From positions 1 through 52,624 of the forward strand of contig CAXHJY010000371.1 of NCBI GenBank assembly GCA_964016885.1: DNA of 52,624 nucleotides, in the 5' to 3' direction. The notes below the pieces were generated by a model. It saw only the letters and a list, made by a program, of their open reading frames with translations. It was not told the origin of the DNA and did not search any database. This document shows positions 49,501 through 52,624 of this stretch, in pieces. Position 1 is the first letter of the stretch; the number at the start of each line of letters is the position of its first letter. The DNA is from Eledone cirrhosa (taxonomy: Eukaryota). A program made the position numbers and the translations under genes.

Positions 49501-51418
49501 CTATCAGATCGGGTTGAAAGGTATGGTTTCAGGTCGATCTGAAAGTCTAAAATGGAATTCACTCGGTTAGCTAACTTTTGATATATCGGAGATATCTTTC
49601 TGAAAATCACACCACACACTCCCAATGAGTGTCTGCACATGTACCAGTAATTACAGATGGATCCCACCACGGGCGGCCGGCCCACGATCGAAAAGGTTAC
49701 TCCGAAGCACACCATTCGCCGGCGGAATTCATTTAGCATGGGCAGTTTTTCTCGAAAATCACACCACACACAGCCAATGAGTGTCCGCACATGTACCAGT
49801 AATTACAGATGGATCCCACCACGGGCGGCTGGCCCACGATCGAAAAGGTTACTCCGCCTGCAAACGGTCATTTTCGAATTCGTTTTCTTCGAAGCACACG
49901 ATTCGCCGGCGGACTTCAGCTGCCTCATTTAGCATGGGCAGTTTTTCTCGAAAATCACACCACACACAGCAAATGTGTGTCCGCACATGTACCAGTAATT
50001 ACAGATCGATTCCGGTGAAAATTCACTGAAAACGGGCCATTCGGCCCTGTGCGTCGATCGTGGGCCGGCCGGATGTTGACGGATCGATGTGTAATTAGAA
50101 GTACATGTGCGGACACTCATTGGCTGTGCCTGGTATGCATTTCAGCAAGATATCTCCGTAACATCAAGAGTTATGGCTGTGGAGGCACACCTAGTCAAAC
50201 GTAAACAAGCTCTGGAGTGTATACGCTTCGCGATTTTGTTTACGTTTGACTAGGTGTGCCTCCACAGCCACAACTCTTGATGTTACGGAGATATCTTGCT
50301 GAAATGCATACCACGCACAGCCAATGAGTGTCCGCACATGTACTCTAATTACACATCGATCCGTCAACATCCGGCCGGCTCACGATCGACGCACAGGGCC
50401 GGATGGCCCGTTTTCAGTGAATTTTCACCGGAATCGATCTGTAATTACTGGTACATGTGCGGACACACATTTGCTGTGTGTGGTGTGATTTTCACGAAAA
50501 ACTGCCCATGCTAAATGAGGAAGCTGAAGTCCGCCGGCGAATGGTGTGCTTCGAAGAAAACTAATTCGAAAATGACCGTTTGCAGGCGGAGTAACCTTTT
50601 CGATCGTGGGCCAGCCGCCCGTGGTGGGATACATCTGTAATTACTGGTACATGTGCGGACACACATTTGCTGTGTGTGGTGTGATTTTCGAGAAAGACTG
50701 CCCATGCTAAATGAGGAAGCTGAAGTCCGCCGGCGAATGGTGTGCTTCGAAGAAAACTAATTCGAAAATGACTATTTGCCGGCGGAATCACCTTTTCGGT
50801 CCTGGTCCGGCCGGATCTTGTCGGATCGATTCGGACATATGTGCATCGTGTTCGCAAGGCCCTTGTCTATGTGTGGTGTGATTTTCATAAAGAAATTCTG
50901 AAAAACCCAGTTTTAAATCTGATTTCGCCAAAGAATTTTGGGTATCAGATCGGGTTGAAAGGTATGGTTTCAGGTCGATCTGAAAGTTTAAAATGGAATT
51001 CACTCGGTTAGTTAACTTTTGATATATCGGAGATATCTTTCTGAAAATCACACCACACACTCCCAATGAGTGTCTGCACATGTCCCAGTAATTACAGATG
51101 GATCCCACCACGGGCGGCCGGCCCACGATCGAAAAGGTTACTCCGAAGCACACCATTCGCCGGCGGACTTCATTTAGCATGGGCAGTTTTTCTTGAAGAT
51201 CACACCACACACAGCCAATCAGTGTCCGCACATGTACCAGTAATTACAGATGGATCCCACTACGGGCGGCTGGCCCACGATCGAAAAGGTTACTCCGCCT
51301 GCAAACGGTCATTTTCGAATTCGTTTTCTTCGAAGCACACGATTCGCCGGCGGACTTCAGCTGCCTCATTTAGCATGGGCAGCTTTTCTCGAAAATCACA
51401 CCACACACAGCAAATGAG
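46591..51418. repeat. Palindromic higher-order satellite, array 3
   Basis: Centres at ~47054, 48638 and 50222; offset 10384 from array 2. Confidence 0.95.
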
Positions 51419-51459
51419 TTTAAAATACTCACCGTTTGATTTGGAAAAACTTAAAATGC

Positions 51460-51490
51460 TCACATATATATGTGTATGTATTTATCTATG

Positions 51491-51538
<48 letters not shown>

Positions 51539-51623
51539 TGTATTTATCTATGTATTTATCTATATGCATGGATATATATATATATATATATATATTTATC
51601 TATGTATTTATCTATATGCATGG

Positions 51624-51655
<32 letters not shown>

Positions 51656-51976
51656 TTATCTATGCATGTATGAATATATAAAATATATATATATATATAT
51701 GTGTGTATGTATTTATCTATGCATGTATGAATATATAAAATATATATATATATATATATGTATGTATTTATCTATGCATGTATATATATATAAAATATAT
51801 ACATAAATATATATATATATGTATTTATCTATGCATGTGTGCATACATATATATATATATATGTATTTATCTATACATGTATGTATATATATATATACAT
51901 ATATATGTATTTATCTATACATGTATGTATATATATATATATATATATGTATATAAGTATTTATCTATACATGTAT

Positions 51977-52009
<33 letters not shown>

Positions 52010-52558
52010 AGTATTTATCTATACATGTATGTATATATAAAATATTGTCATGTTTACAAAAATATTTTTCTAATATCGTGTTTAATATTTTATATTGTCG
52101 TCTGCTTCTCTTCTCACGTGGTTACTTACTCTCTCACCCTCTCTCTCTTTCCCCTCTCATACAACCCCTTCTTTCTCTTTCTTTCCCCTCTCACACAACC
52201 TCTTCTTTCTCTCTCTTTTTTTTTTGCCAGTCCCTTCTCTCACTCTCTCTCCCTCTTCCTTTTTTATCTCTTTCTTTCTGTCTCTGTTTCCCTCCTATAG
52301 ACATTCTCTCTCTCTCTTTCTGCTCTCACTCAGCCTTCTCTCTCTCTCTCTCTCTTTCCCCTCTCACACAGTCTTCTCTCTCTCTCTTTCCCCTCTCACA
52401 CAGCATTCTCTCTCTCTCTCTCTCTCTCTTTCCCCTCTCACACAGCATTCTCTCTCTCTCTCTCTCTCTTTCCCCTCTCACACAGCATTCTCTCTCTCTC
52501 TCTCTCTTTATTTCCCCTCTCACACAGCCTTCTCTCTCTATCTATCTATCTCTCTCTC
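51460..52558. repeat. TA-rich and CT-rich minisatellites (duplicate of 41075-42155)
   Basis: Same flanking sequence follows arrays 2 and 3. Confidence 0.9.
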
Positions 52559-52624
52559 TGGCCATCCCTAGCTGTCGTCTGTTCTACAGTGTGGATGTCA
52601 TTCACTTCGCACAGAAGTTTTGTT

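Overview
Repeat-dominated, gene-poor eukaryotic DNA. The SINE, MITE and RTE repertoire and the microsatellite load suggest a cephalopod, probably Octopus (inference). No host protein-coding gene can be supported, and almost all listed ORFs are translations of repeats. Main contents: (1) two copies of a collapsed 'mini-rDNA' unit. The complete copy (~28.7-32.9 kb) has 172-bp upstream repeats, an 18S 5' end, a satellite stitched together from short 18S and 28S fragments, and a 28S 3' end with a sarcin-ricin-loop motif; it is bracketed by CCCTAA repeats on the left and a G-rich telomere-like repeat on the right. The copy at 1-1.9 kb is cut by the window edge. (2) Three arrays of a ~1584-bp higher-order satellite whose 196-bp subunits alternate orientation, giving ten long palindromes; array 1 ends in a Helitron-type hairpin+CTAG terminus. 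(3) A CR1-clade LINE with an intact ORF2 that has no ATG before the endonuclease domain and is joined to the end of ORF1 by a G_GGA_AAC_TAA -1 slippery site. (4) An R4/Dong-like RLE retrotransposon with a twin-priming-type inversion inside a (TAA)n tract, with empty paralogous sites in the same window. (5) Decayed RTE and CRE fragments, MITEs, SINEs, minisatellites and three segmental duplications.
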